From NCBI RefSeq assembly GCF_000009045.1, contig NC_000964.3, positions 1,710,001-1,742,000 on the forward strand: a DNA stretch of 32,000 bases. The letters are read 5' to 3'. Each line of letters opens with the position of its first letter. Position 1 is the first letter of the stretch. Made by a program: the position numbers and the translations under genes. Shown piece after piece: positions 1-11,213 of this stretch. The notes under the pieces are model-generated. The model made no database searches. It worked only from the letters and a program-made list of their open reading frames with translations, and had not been told where the DNA came from. Source of the DNA: Bacillus subtilis subsp. subtilis str. 168 (GTDB taxonomy: Bacteria > Bacillota > Bacilli > Bacillales > Bacillaceae).

Positions 1-1
1 G

Positions 2-847
2 AGAACATATCCCCCTCAAATTCCGGCGCAACAGGAGCTAGGTGATTTTTCAGCATATCAATCTGTACTTCCTGAGCCGCTGCGAAAAGCAGAAAAGCTT
101 TTGCAAGAAACAGGGATCAAAGAGTCTACGAAAACGAACACTCTGAAAAAATTGCTTCGCTTCTCTGTTGAAGCAGGCGGCTTGACTGAAGAAAATGTTG
201 TCGGCAAACTTCAGGAAATACTATGCGATATGCTGCCCTCAGCAGACAAGTGGCAGGAGCCAATTCATTCAAAATATATCGTTCTCTTTGGTTCAACAGG
301 GGCTGGTAAAACAACTACACTGGCTAAACTCGCAGCCATATCTATGCTTGAAAAACATAAAAAAATCGCTTTTATTACAACAGATACGTATCGTATTGCA
401 GCTGTTGAACAGTTGAAAACATACGCTGAACTGCTGCAGGCTCCTCTGGAAGTTTGCTATACAAAAGAAGAATTTCAGCAGGCGAAGGAGCTATTTTCTG
501 AGTATGATCATGTGTTTGTTGATACAGCTGGAAGAAACTTCAAAGACCCGCAATACATTGATGAACTGAAAGAAACGATTCCTTTTGAGAGCAGCATTCA
601 GTCATTTCTTGTTTTATCCGCGACTGCAAAATATGAAGATATGAAGCATATTGTCAAACGGTTTTCATCCGTCCCTGTCAATCAGTATATTTTTACGAAA
701 ATAGATGAAACGACTTCCTTAGGTTCTGTATTTAATATACTGGCAGAATCAAAAATAGGTGTCGGGTTTATGACTAACGGCCAGAATGTGCCTGAGGATA
801 TACAGACTGTATCTCCACTTGGTTTTGTGAGGATGCTGTGCAGATGA
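2..847 (+). CDS. flhF: Flagellar biosynthesis SRP-family GTPase FlhF, C-terminal part (5' end lies outside the window)
   Basis: Frame 2 is open from the window edge. The tracked ORF begins at an internal ATG at 101. SRP-GTPase NG-domain motifs are present: [36 protein letters not shown]. Followed by flhG. Confidence 0.96.
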
Positions 848-1734
848 ACAGATATGACCAAGCAGCAACTTTACGGGCGAAAATGGAAAAACGTGAGCGC
901 GTTCTGCCAATGGTTTATTCACAAAAAGCGAAGACACTTGCTGTCATCAGCGGCAAGGGCGGTGTCGGAAAATCCAATATTACCTTAAATATGGCACTTG
1001 CGCTGCAGGATAAAGGTAAGAAGGTGCTGCTCATCGACCTTGATATCGGGATGGGGAACATTGATATATTAATAGGAAATTCATCGTCTGCCACGATAAT
1101 CGATGTTTTAACCGATCGTAAGCCTTTGCTGCAGTCATTATCCGTTGGCCCAAAGGGTTTGCGGTATATATCAGGGGGAACCGGTCTTGATGTGATGTTT
1201 CAGCTCGATCAGAGAAAATGGACGTTTTTTGCCAATGAACTTTCTCATGCATTAAGCCAGTTCGATTATGTGCTGTTTGACATGGGAGCAGGCTTATCAA
1301 AAGATCAACTGCCTTTTATTTTATCAGCAGAAGATATTTTGATTATTACAACTCCCGAGCCGACGGCCATTATGGACGCATACAGCGCTGTCAAGCACTT
1401 GGTTTTGACAGAAAATAAGCTTTCAATGAAGGTGGCTGTCAATCGGTGCCGTGACCAAAAGGAAGGGCTTGACGCTTTTGCCCGCCTCTCCCGTACAATT
1501 CATATGTTTTTGGATGTTCAGGTTCAGTTTGCCGGTTCCGTTTCTGACGATGTGATCGTGAGCAAAGCGGTTGTCGAACAGGTTCCTTTTTTCATAAAAA
1601 GCCCTCAGGCAAAAGCCAGCCGGTCAGTCCGTATTTTAGCGGACGCCTTGTTTGAAAGAGAAGAAACGAGACACAAAGAAGACAAACAGACATTTATTGA
1701 GAAATTATCTTCTTTTTTAATGAGGAGGGCTTAA
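838..1734 (+). CDS. flhG: MinD-like ATPase FlhG (YlxH), partner of FlhF
   Basis: 298 aa, GTG start (an ATG at 844 is the alternative), overlaps the flhF 3' end. Deviant Walker [10 protein letters not shown] and a MinD-like ATPase fold. Confidence 0.95.
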
Positions 1735-1735
1735 T

Positions 1736-2809
1736 TTGATTCGTGTGCTTGTAGTTGATGATTCAGCTTTTATGAGAAAAATGATAAGTGATTTTCTGAC
1801 CGAAGAAAAGCAGATAGAAGTAATCGGAACTGCGAGAAACGGAGAAGAAGCGCTTAAGAAGATTGAATTATTAAAACCGGATGTTATTACTCTTGATGTT
1901 GAAATGCCGGTCATGAATGGGACAGATACGCTCCGCAAAATTATTGAGATTTATAACTTGCCGGTCATTATGGTGTCTAGCCAGACCGAGAAAGGTAAAG
2001 AATGCACAATTAATTGTTTGGAGATCGGTGCCTTTGACTTTATCACAAAGCCATCAGGCTCAATATCTCTGGATCTATACAAAATTAAAGAACAACTAGT
2101 TGAGCGTGTCGTCGCGGCAGGACTTTCCGGCAAGCGGAAACGTCCTGTTTCCCAGACAGTTCGGCCCGAACCTATTGTGCGTGCTGTCGTTAAGCCTGAA
2201 TTAAGCAAACCGAAACCTGGCACGGGCAGACAAATTGTGTGTATCGGCACATCAACAGGCGGTCCACGGGCGTTACAAAAGGTGATACCGAAGCTCCCTA
2301 AGGATTTGAACGCACCAGTGGTTGTCGTTCAGCACATGCCTGAAGGGTTTACTGCTTCTTTGGCTGATCGGCTGAATCATTTATCTGACATTCAGGTAAA
2401 AGAAGCAAAAGATGGTGAAGCAGCTCTTAACGGCTGTGTTTACATAGCACCGGGCGGAAAAAACATATCCGTTATTAAAAACAGCGAAGGACTCCAGGTT
2501 GTGCTTGATAACCATGACACACCAAGCCGTCATAAACCATCTGCTGATTATTTATTCCGTTCTGTCGGGAAACTGACAGATTATGAAAAAGTAGCGGTTA
2601 TCATGACCGGAATGGGCAGTGACGGCACTGCTGGACTAAAGGACATGCTAACAGCCGGCAATGTGAAAGCCATTGCGGAGTCTGAAGAATCTTGTGTCGT
2701 ATACGGGATGCCAAAAGCTGCTGTTAAAGCGGGTCTCATTCATGAGATTAAACATGTGGAAGATATCGCAGCATCCATCACAAGCTGTGTGAAAAAAGAG
2801 AGGGTGTGA
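1736..2809 (+). CDS. cheB: Chemotaxis response regulator / protein-glutamate methylesterase CheB
   Basis: 357 aa, TTG start preceded by GAGGAGGG. Receiver domain (VLVVDDSAFMRKM, DVITLDVEMPVMNG) plus CheB esterase motifs (GTSTGGPRAL, VVQHMP, MTGMGSDG). Confidence 0.97.
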   Translation: MIRVLVVDDSAFMRKMISDFLTEEKQIEVIGTARNGEEALKKIELLKPDVITLDVEMPVMNGTDTLRKIIEIYNLPVIMVSSQTEKGKECTINCLEIGAFDFITKPSGSISLDLYKIKEQLVERVVAAGLSGKRKRPVSQTVRPEPIVRAVVKPELSKPKPGTGRQIVCIGTSTGGPRALQKVIPKLPKDLNAPVVVVQHMPEGFTASLADRLNHLSDIQVKEAKDGEAALNGCVYIAPGGKNISVIKNSEGLQVVLDNHDTPSRHKPSADYLFRSVGKLTDYEKVAVIMTGMGSDGTAGLKDMLTAGNVKAIAESEESCVVYGMPKAAVKAGLIHEIKHVEDIAASITSCVKKERV

Positions 2810-2814
2810 TTCAA

Positions 2815-4833
2815 ATGGATATGAATCAGTATTTAGATGTCTTTATTGATGAGAGTAAAGAACATTTACAAACATGTAATGAAAAGCTTCTTCTTTTAGA
2901 GAAAGACCCGACTGATCTTCAGCTCGTACATGATATATTCAGGGCTGCCCATACATTAAAAGGAATGAGCGCAACGATGGGCTACACGGATTTAGCACAT
3001 CTTACCCATCTGCTTGAAAACGTGCTGGATGCAATCCGAAACGGAGACATGGAAGTCACCTCAGACTGGCTGGATATTTTGTTTGAAGCTCTGGATCACC
3101 TGGAAACAATGGTTCAGTCTATTATTGATGGCGGGGATGGTAAAAGAGATATCTCAGAAGTGAGTGCCAAGCTTGATGTGAATGGTGCGCACGCTGAATC
3201 CGCTGCCTCCGCTGAACCTGCAGAAGCACAGAGTTCAGCATCTGATTGGGAATATGATGAATTTGAACGCACAGTTATACAAGAAGCGGAGGAGCAAGGC
3301 TTCAAACGATATGAAATCAAGATTTCTCTGAACGAAAACTGTATGTTAAAAGCAGTTCGTGTCTATATGGTGTTTGAAAAACTAAATGAAGTCGGAGAAG
3401 TAGCCAAAACAATTCCAAGTGCTGAAGTGCTTGAAACAGAAGATTTTGGAACTGACTTTCAAGTTTGTTTCTTAACACATCAATCAGCGGAAGACATTGA
3501 ACAATTAATCAATGGCGTGTCGGAAATTGAGCATGTTGAAGTCATTCAAGGGGCTCCTTTAACATCAGCTGAAAAGCCTGAAGAATCTAAGCAAGAAGAT
3601 TCACCAGCAGCAGCTGTACCTGCGAAGCAGGAGAAACAAAAACAGCCTGCTAAAAACGATGAACAGGCGAAGCATTCAGCCGGCGGATCTAAAACAATTC
3701 GTGTCAACATTGACAGGCTTGATTCTTTAATGAACTTATTTGAAGAGCTTGTCATTGACCGCGGGCGTCTCGAGCAGATTGCGAAAGAGCTTGAGCATAA
3801 TGAACTGACTGAAACGGTTGAACGAATGACGAGAATTTCCGGAGATTTGCAATCGATTATTCTGAATATGAGAATGGTCCCGGTTGAAACTGTTTTTAAC
3901 AGATTCCCGAGAATGATTCGCCAGCTTCAGAAAGAGCTGAATAAAAAAATTGAACTCTCGATCATCGGTGCGGAAACTGAACTGGATCGTACAGTAATTG
4001 ATGAAATCGGAGATCCACTCGTTCACTTGATCAGAAACAGTATTGACCATGGTATCGAGGCGCCGGAAACACGTTTGCAAAAGGGAAAACCGGAATCAGG
4101 AAAAGTTGTGCTTAAAGCTTATCACAGCGGCAACCATGTCTTTATCGAAGTAGAGGATGACGGCGCAGGCCTTAATCGAAAAAAAATTCTGGAAAAAGCG
4201 CTTGAGCGCGGGGTCATAACGGAAAAAGAAGCTGAAACCTTAGAAGACAACCAAATTTACGAATTGATTTTTGCTCCGGGGTTCTCAACTGCTGACCAAA
4301 TTTCTGATATTTCCGGCCGCGGTGTAGGACTTGACGTTGTAAAAAACAAACTGGAGTCTCTTGGCGGTTCAGTCAGTGTGAAATCAGCCGAGGGTCAAGG
4401 CTCTCTATTCAGCATCCAGCTGCCGCTTACCTTGTCTATTATTTCAGTTCTGCTGATTAAGTTGGAAGAAGAGACATTTGCCATTCCGATTTCTTCAATC
4501 ATTGAGACAGCAGTTATTGACAGAAAAGACATTTTGCAAACGCATGACCGTGAAGTGATTGACTTTAGAGGGCATATTGTCCCTGTCGTTTATTTAAAAG
4601 AAGAGTTTAAAATAGAAGATACAAGAAAAGATGCGGAACAGCTCCATATCATTGTCGTGAAAAAAGGCGACAAACCTACTGCATTTGTGGTGGACTCCTT
4701 TATTGGCCAGCAGGAAGTTGTGCTGAAATCACTCGGAGATTATTTAACAAACGTCTTTGCAATTTCCGGAGCTACTATTTTAGGAGACGGAGAAGTAGCG
4801 CTCATTATTGATTGTAATGCACTGATTATTTAA
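2815..4833 (+). CDS. cheA: Chemotaxis histidine kinase CheA (672 aa using the ATG at 2815)
   Basis: Hpt domain (FRAAHTLKGMSATMG), HATPase (HLIRNSIDHGIE, DDGAG, GRGVGLDVV) and C-terminal CheW-like domain. The tracked ORF starts at a GTG at 2806. Confidence 0.97.
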   Translation: MDMNQYLDVFIDESKEHLQTCNEKLLLLEKDPTDLQLVHDIFRAAHTLKGMSATMGYTDLAHLTHLLENVLDAIRNGDMEVTSDWLDILFEALDHLETMVQSIIDGGDGKRDISEVSAKLDVNGAHAESAASAEPAEAQSSASDWEYDEFERTVIQEAEEQGFKRYEIKISLNENCMLKAVRVYMVFEKLNEVGEVAKTIPSAEVLETEDFGTDFQVCFLTHQSAEDIEQLINGVSEIEHVEVIQGAPLTSAEKPEESKQEDSPAAAVPAKQEKQKQPAKNDEQAKHSAGGSKTIRVNIDRLDSLMNLFEELVIDRGRLEQIAKELEHNELTETVERMTRISGDLQSIILNMRMVPVETVFNRFPRMIRQLQKELNKKIELSIIGAETELDRTVIDEIGDPLVHLIRNSIDHGIEAPETRLQKGKPESGKVVLKAYHSGNHVFIEVEDDGAGLNRKKILEKALERGVITEKEAETLEDNQIYELIFAPGFSTADQISDISGRGVGLDVVKNKLESLGGSVSVKSAEGQGSLFSIQLPLTLSIISVLLIKLEEETFAIPISSIIETAVIDRKDILQTHDREVIDFRGHIVPVVYLKEEFKIEDTRKDAEQLHIIVVKKGDKPTAFVVDSFIGQQEVVLKSLGDYLTNVFAISGATILGDGEVALIIDCNALII

Positions 4834-4854
4834 CCATTCGAGGAGGTGTCTCAC

Positions 4855-5325
4855 ATGACTGCAGAAATTAAAACAGGCGAAAAAATGATAGTCTTTATGG
4901 TAAATGGCAAAGAATATGCCATTTCCGTCACTCAGGTGAAATCAATTGAAAAATGGCAAAAGCCAACGAGGGTACCTGGCGTCGAACCATATATTTGCGG
5001 GGTAATCAATTTACGCGGGGTGGTGACTCCGGTTATTGATTTAAGAAAACGCCTGAATTTGCCAGAGTATGAAATTACAGATGAAACACGAATTATCATT
5101 ATTGCTTATCGTGATATTGAAGTCGGCTGGATTGTGGATGAAGCGAATGATGTGATTACCGTACACGAAAGTGAAATAGAATCTGCTCCAGAAGGCGTTC
5201 AGAAAGATACGGATGTGTCGATCGAACAGATTGTGAAACAAGAGAACAGACTCTTAAATATTATTGATGCGAACGCGGTTTTGGATAAAGAATCATCTCA
5301 GTCCGCTGTGCCCGATCAAGCTTAA
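4855..5325 (+). CDS. cheW: Chemotaxis coupling protein CheW (156 aa using the ATG at 4855)
   Basis: CheW domain with PGVEPYICGVINLRG. The ATG at 4855 follows GAGGAGGTG at proper spacing. The tracked start is a GTG at 4846. Confidence 0.96.
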   Translation: MTAEIKTGEKMIVFMVNGKEYAISVTQVKSIEKWQKPTRVPGVEPYICGVINLRGVVTPVIDLRKRLNLPEYEITDETRIIIIAYRDIEVGWIVDEANDVITVHESEIESAPEGVQKDTDVSIEQIVKQENRLLNIIDANAVLDKESSQSAVPDQA

Positions 5326-5343
5326 TCTTAAAGGGGTTATGAC

Positions 5344-5973
5344 ATGAGTATTTTTAATGGAATCAAAGAAGAGCAGATGGACATTTTGCGGGAAGTCGGC
5401 AATATAGGCGCCGGCCACTCCGCCTCTGCAATGGCCCAGCTGTTAAATAGAAAGATAGATATGGAAGTCCCATTTGCAAAGCTGCTGTCTTTTGATGAGC
5501 TTGTTGATTTTTTCGGCGGCGCCGATGTCCCGGTTGCCAGCATCTTTTTAAGAATGGAAGGCGATTTAACGGGTTCAATGTTCTTTATAATGCCTTTTTT
5601 TCAGGCGGAGCAGTTTATCAGAGAGCTGATTGGAAACCCCGATTTTGACATAGAGGACTTAGGTGAAGACCACATGAGCTCATCCGCTTTGCATGAACTG
5701 GGCAATATTTTAGCGGGGTCATATTTAACAGCTTTGGCGGATTTGACGAAACTCCAGCTCTATCCAAGTGTTCCTGAAGTCTCATTGGACATGTTCGGAG
5801 CTGTGATCAGCGAAGGGCTGATGGAGCTCAGTCAGGTTGGAGAACACGCCATTGTTGTCGACACGTCAATTTTTGACCAAAGCCATCAGCAGGAGCTGAA
5901 AGCGCATATGTTTATGCTGCCGGACTATGATTCATTTGAAAAGCTCTTTGTCGCCTTAGGTGCATCATTATGA
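5344..5973 (+). CDS. cheC: CheY-P phosphatase CheC
   Basis: 209 aa. The two CheC/FliY-type phosphatase motifs are recognisable (DILREVGNIGAGHSASAM and SSALHELGNILAGSYL). Confidence 0.96.
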   Translation: MSIFNGIKEEQMDILREVGNIGAGHSASAMAQLLNRKIDMEVPFAKLLSFDELVDFFGGADVPVASIFLRMEGDLTGSMFFIMPFFQAEQFIRELIGNPDFDIEDLGEDHMSSSALHELGNILAGSYLTALADLTKLQLYPSVPEVSLDMFGAVISEGLMELSQVGEHAIVVDTSIFDQSHQQELKAHMFMLPDYDSFEKLFVALGASL

Positions 5974-6470
5974 GTACAACTGAGGCTGTTGTTATAAAGG
6001 TTGGGATTGCTGACGTGAAGATCGCCCGCTTCCCGGATACCATCCGGACCTCTGGTTTGGGCTCATGTGTGGGGCTGGTGCTTTATGATAAAGAAAAGCA
6101 AACGGCGGGTCTTGTTCATGTCATGCTTCCGGATTCGACGTTATCGAAAACTGCCGAGCTCAACCGGGCTAAGTACGCTGACACCGCCGTACAGACCACG
6201 ATTGATATGCTGATAGAAGCGGGATGCCGGAAATTTGCATTAAAAGCAAAGCTGGCCGGCGGATCAGAGATGTTTAAATTTAAATCGACAAATGATTTGA
6301 TGAAGATCGGACCGAGAAATGTATTAGCGATAAAAGAACAGCTGTCTTTATTTAATATTCCTATTATTAGTGAAGATACGGGCGGCTCAAGCGGCCGGAC
6401 GATAGAATTTGAACCGAAGTCCTGCATGCTGCATATTCGAACTGTTAAACAAGGTGAAAAAACGATTTAA
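5970..6470 (+). CDS. cheD: Chemoreceptor glutamine deamidase CheD
   Basis: 166 aa. CheD motif GLGSCVGLVLYD and HVMLP. The ATG overlaps the cheC stop (ATGA). Confidence 0.96.
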   Translation: MSTTEAVVIKVGIADVKIARFPDTIRTSGLGSCVGLVLYDKEKQTAGLVHVMLPDSTLSKTAELNRAKYADTAVQTTIDMLIEAGCRKFALKAKLAGGSEMFKFKSTNDLMKIGPRNVLAIKEQLSLFNIPIISEDTGGSSGRTIEFEPKSCMLHIRTVKQGEKTI

Positions 6471-6492
6471 TTAAGGTATTAGGGGGATAACA

Positions 6493-7257
6493 ATGCAATC
6501 CTTGAATTATGAAGATCAGGTGCTTTGGACGCGCTGGAAAGAGTGGAAAGATCCTAAAGCCGGTGACGACTTAATGCGCCGTTACATGCCGCTTGTCACA
6601 TATCATGTAGGCAGAATTTCTGTCGGACTGCCGAAATCAGTGCATAAAGACGATCTTATGAGCCTTGGTATGCTTGGTTTATATGATGCCCTTGAAAAAT
6701 TTGACCCCAGCCGGGACTTAAAATTTGATACCTACGCCTCGTTTAGAATTCGCGGCGCAATCATAGACGGGCTTCGTAAAGAAGATTGGCTGCCCAGAAC
6801 CTCGCGCGAAAAAACAAAAAAGGTTGAAGCAGCAATTGAAAAGCTTGAACAGCGGTATCTTCGGAATGTATCGCCCGCGGAAATTGCAGAGGAACTCGGA
6901 ATGACGGTACAGGATGTCGTGTCAACAATGAATGAAGGTTTTTTTGCAAATCTGCTGTCAATTGATGAAAAGCTCCATGATCAAGATGACGGGGAAAACA
7001 TTCAAGTCATGATCAGAGATGACAAAAATGTTCCGCCTGAAGAAAAGATTATGAAGGATGAACTGATTGCACAGCTTGCGGAAAAAATTCACGAACTCTC
7101 TGAAAAAGAACAGCTGGTTGTCAGTTTGTTCTACAAAGAGGAGTTGACACTGACAGAAATCGGACAAGTATTAAATCTTTCTACGTCCCGCATATCTCAG
7201 ATCCATTCAAAGGCATTATTTAAATTAAAGAATCTGCTGGAAAAAGTGATACAATAA
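6493..7257 (+). CDS. sigD: RNA polymerase sigma-D factor (flagellar/motility, FliA family)
   Basis: 254 aa. Sigma-28 regions 2-4 present (GLYDALEKFDPSRDLKFDTYASFRIRGAIIDGLR, LTLTEIGQVLNLSTSRISQIHSKAL). Confidence 0.97.
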   Translation: MQSLNYEDQVLWTRWKEWKDPKAGDDLMRRYMPLVTYHVGRISVGLPKSVHKDDLMSLGMLGLYDALEKFDPSRDLKFDTYASFRIRGAIIDGLRKEDWLPRTSREKTKKVEAAIEKLEQRYLRNVSPAEIAEELGMTVQDVVSTMNEGFFANLLSIDEKLHDQDDGENIQVMIRDDKNVPPEEKIMKDELIAQLAEKIHELSEKEQLVVSLFYKEELTLTEIGQVLNLSTSRISQIHSKALFKLKNLLEKVIQ

Positions 7258-7285
7258 TGAATTTCATGGTTAGCGAGTGAAAAAC

Positions 7286-7789
7286 ATGTCAACACTATTA
7301 TGGCTTTTAAGCTTTATGCTCCACGGCGTTCTTCTGTACGCTGTCATTATCCTGTATACGAGGCTCGCTGCAGTGAAAGAAACAGAAAAACAGCAAAAAC
7401 AGATACTTGAAGAGACGGAAAACACCTTGGCGGCATTTCTGCTTGAATTAAAAGAAGAAAATGAGAAACTGATAGAAAATAAAGCTTCATCTGCAAGTCA
7501 ATCAGATGAAGAATCCCAAAAGTCAGGCCTTCAGACCTCTGAAACATATCAAGAGCGGGATCCAGTCCAAGAGGCAGAGAATCTTCCTGAACATATTGAA
7601 GGTCTGATTACAGAGGTTGACCGTCGGGAAGAGCTCGTAAACAGTGAGGTCCAATCATTTGAAGACCAGGTCATAGAATTATATGAACAGGGATATTCGG
7701 CAAGTCAAATTGCCCAGAAAATGAAGAGCGGAAAGACAGAAATCGAGCTATTTTTAAAATTTCGCTCCAAAGGTGTAAAGGATTCTTGA
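7286..7789 (+). CDS. swrB: Swarming motility protein SwrB (YlxL)
   Basis: 167 aa using the ATG at 7286 (tracked start is a GTG at 7277). N-terminal hydrophobic helix, coiled-coil/acidic middle and C-terminal DUF-type HTH segment (YSASQIAQKMKSGKTEIELFLK). Position immediately after sigD. Confidence 0.88.
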   Translation: MSTLLWLLSFMLHGVLLYAVIILYTRLAAVKETEKQQKQILEETENTLAAFLLELKEENEKLIENKASSASQSDEESQKSGLQTSETYQERDPVQEAENLPEHIEGLITEVDRREELVNSEVQSFEDQVIELYEQGYSASQIAQKMKSGKTEIELFLKFRSKGVKDS

Positions 7790-7814
7790 TTGTCGGATAA
7801 AGCTGTGTTATATT
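7786..7814 (+). promoter_or_regulatory. Candidate sigma-A promoter for rpsB
   Basis: TTGATT (7786-7791), 17-nt spacer, TATATT (7809-7814), followed by a leader of about 115 nt. Confidence 0.65.
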
Positions 7815-7821
7815 ATGTCTT

Positions 7822-8673
<852 letters not shown>

Positions 8674-8680
8674 CCTATTC

Positions 8681-8719
8681 AAAAGGTGATAAGAGGGACT
8701 GCCTTTTATCACCTTTTTT
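8681..8719 (+). terminator. Intrinsic terminator-like hairpin between rpsB and tsf
   Basis: AAAAGGTGATAAGAGG (8681-8696) pairs with CCTTTTATCACCTTTT (8702-8717), 16 bp with one G-U and a 5-nt loop, ending in a run of T. Confidence 0.75.
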
Positions 8720-8774
8720 CAAGAAAAATGTGTAATATACATACTCTTGTTTAAACATATAAGGAGGAATACAA

Positions 8775-9656
8775 ATGGCAATTACTGCACAGCAAGTAAA
8801 AGAACTGCGTGAAAAAACTGGCGCGGGCATGATGGATTGTAAAAAAGCGTTAACTGAAACTGACGGAGATATGGACAAAGCAATTGACCTTTTAAGAGAA
8901 AAAGGAATTGCAAAAGCAGCGAAAAAAGCTGACCGTATCGCAGCAGAAGGTTCTACTCTTATTAAAACTGACGGCAACAAAGGCGTTATCCTAGAAGTAA
9001 ACTCTGAAACTGATTTCGTTGCGAAAAACGAAGGTTTTAAAGAGCTTCTTAACACTTTAGCTGACCACCTTCTTGCAAACACGCCAGCTGATGTTGAAGA
9101 AGCAATGGGCCAAAAAATGGAAAATGGCTCAACTGTTGAAGAGTACATCACAAGCGCAGTTGCTAAAATCGGTGAGAAAATCACTCTTCGCCGCTTTACA
9201 GTTCTTACAAAAGACGACAGCTCTGCATTCGGTGCGTACCTTCACATGGGCGGCCGCATCGGTGTATTAACTGTTCTCAACGGTACAACTGATGAAGAAA
9301 CTGCGAAAGATATCGCAATGCACGTTGCTGCAGTTAACCCTCGTTACATTTCTCGTGATCAAGTATCTGAAGAAGAAACAAATCATGAGCGTCAAATCTT
9401 AACTCAGCAAGCCCTCCAAGAAGGCAAACCTGAAAACATCGTAGCGAAAATGGTTGAAGGCCGTCTGAACAAATTCTTCGAAGAAATTTGTCTATTAGAC
9501 CAAGCGTTCGTTAAAAACCCAGATGAAAAAGTGAAACAAGTTATTGCAGCGAAAAACGCTACTGTTCAAACTTTTGTCCGCTATGAAGTTGGAGAAGGCA
9601 TCGAAAAACGTCAAGAAAACTTTGCTGAAGAAGTAATGAACCAAGTGAAAAAATAA
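8775..9656 (+). CDS. tsf: Elongation factor Ts
   Basis: 293 aa. EF-Ts signature [16 protein letters not shown]. Confidence 0.98.
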   Translation: MAITAQQVKELREKTGAGMMDCKKALTETDGDMDKAIDLLREKGIAKAAKKADRIAAEGSTLIKTDGNKGVILEVNSETDFVAKNEGFKELLNTLADHLLANTPADVEEAMGQKMENGSTVEEYITSAVAKIGEKITLRRFTVLTKDDSSAFGAYLHMGGRIGVLTVLNGTTDEETAKDIAMHVAAVNPRYISRDQVSEEETNHERQILTQQALQEGKPENIVAKMVEGRLNKFFEEICLLDQAFVKNPDEKVKQVIAAKNATVQTFVRYEVGEGIEKRQENFAEEVMNQVKK

Positions 9657-9660
9657 TGGT

Positions 9661-9692
9661 GAAAAGATTTCGCGGCTAAGTCGCGTCTTTTC
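9661..9692 (+). other. Inverted repeat downstream of tsf (possible weak terminator)
   Basis: GAAAAGA..CGCG (9661-9674) pairs with CGCGTCTTTTC (9682-9692) with a TTT bulge. No clean T-run follows. Confidence 0.4.
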
Positions 9693-9739
9693 AGGCAGTA
9701 TAGGGGACACATTTTGTGTTCCCTATTTTTAAAACTATA

Positions 9740-9768
9740 TTTACAAACCTTTTTTTCTCTTGCATAAT
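9740..9768 (+). promoter_or_regulatory. Candidate sigma-A promoter for pyrH
   Basis: TTTACA (9740-9745), 17-nt spacer, CATAAT (9763-9768), upstream of the ATG at 9802. Confidence 0.5.
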
Positions 9769-9801
9769 AGAAAACGGCAATGTTTACACTTGGAGGTTAT
9801 C

Positions 9802-10524
9802 ATGGAAAAACCAAAATACAAACGTATCGTATTAAAGCTTAGCGGGGAAGCATTGGCAGGAGAACAGGGAAATGGAATTAACCCGACTGTCATTCAATCC
9901 ATTGCAAAGCAAGTGAAGGAAATCGCTGAGCTTGAAGTCGAAGTGGCTGTTGTTGTAGGCGGCGGCAACTTATGGCGCGGAAAAACAGGAAGTGACCTGG
10001 GCATGGACCGCGCGACTGCTGACTATATGGGAATGCTGGCGACAGTAATGAATTCGCTTGCTCTTCAAGACAGCTTGGAAACACTCGGAATCCAGTCCAG
10101 AGTGCAAACATCCATTGAAATGAGACAAGTTGCTGAACCGTACATAAGAAGAAAAGCGATACGCCACTTAGAGAAAAAACGTGTCGTTATTTTCGCTGCG
10201 GGCACAGGAAACCCATATTTCTCAACTGATACGACAGCTGCACTGCGGGCTGCTGAAATTGAGGCAGACGTTATTTTAATGGCTAAAAATAACGTTGACG
10301 GTGTGTATAATGCTGATCCTAGAAAAGATGAATCAGCTGTTAAGTATGAATCACTTTCTTATCTTGACGTTCTTAAAGACGGCCTGGAAGTCATGGATTC
10401 AACAGCTTCCTCTTTATGCATGGACAATGACATTCCGCTTATCGTCTTTTCTATTATGGAAGAAGGAAATATCAAACGTGCCGTTATCGGTGAATCAATC
10501 GGAACGATCGTGAGGGGGAAATAA
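9802..10524 (+). CDS. pyrH: UMP kinase (240 aa using the ATG at 9802)
   Basis: [14 protein letters not shown] and [11 protein letters not shown] motifs. The ATG at 9802 follows TTGGAGG. The 9760 tracked start has no comparable RBS and would overlap the candidate promoter. Confidence 0.97.
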
Positions 10525-10525
10525 C

Positions 10526-11083
10526 GTGTCAAAAGAAGTATTAACTCAAACAAAAGAAAAAATGGAAAAAGCAATTGCTGCTTATCAGCGCGAATTGGCT
10601 ACTGTACGCGCAGGCCGTGCAAATCCATCATTATTAGATAAAGTAACGGTTGAATATTACGGAGCGCAGACACCTTTAAATCAGTTGTCTTCTATTAACG
10701 TGCCTGAAGCTCGTATGCTCGTTATCACGCCATACGATAAAACAGCAATCGGTGATATCGAAAAAGCGATTTTAAAAGCTGATTTAGGTCTTACACCAAC
10801 AAGTGACGGCAATATGATTCGAATTGCAATTCCGGCACTAACAGAAGAGAGACGGAAAGAATTAGTGAAAGTTGTAAAAAAATATGCTGAAGAAGCAAAA
10901 GTAGCTGTTCGTAACGTTCGCCGTGATGCTAACGATGATCTCAAAAAACTTGAGAAAAACGGAGACATTACTGAGGATGAACTGCGTGCTTCCACTGAAG
11001 ACGTTCAAAAACTGACAGATGAATATGTGTCAAAAATTGACAGTGTCACAAAAGACAAAGAAAAAGAAATCATGGAAGTTTAA
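10526..11083 (+). CDS. frr: Ribosome recycling factor
   Basis: 185 aa, GTG start after GAGGGGG. RRF motifs ([28 protein letters not shown]). Confidence 0.98.
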   Translation: MSKEVLTQTKEKMEKAIAAYQRELATVRAGRANPSLLDKVTVEYYGAQTPLNQLSSINVPEARMLVITPYDKTAIGDIEKAILKADLGLTPTSDGNMIRIAIPALTEERRKELVKVVKKYAEEAKVAVRNVRRDANDDLKKLEKNGDITEDELRASTEDVQKLTDEYVSKIDSVTKDKEKEIMEV

Positions 11084-11112
11084 TGAAAAACTATGTACAA
11101 TAGATAATAGTG

Positions 11113-11147
11113 AAAAGACCCTCTCATGTTTACAGGGGGTTTTTTTG
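11113..11147 (+). terminator. Intrinsic terminator after frr
   Basis: ACCCTCT ... AGGGGGT stem (7 bp, one G-U), flanked by AAAAG on the left and followed by TTTTTTT. Confidence 0.8.
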
Positions 11148-11213
11148 TTAATACTGTTGATTACATTGATTATCAGCAGGGAATGTAACCTTTTTGGGTG
11201 ACGGAGGAATCTC

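Noticed and set aside
8675-9184. Minus-strand ORF of 169 aa opposite tsf
   Set aside because: Antisense to conserved tsf. Composition typical of a shadow ORF, and it begins within tsf without promoter or RBS evidence.
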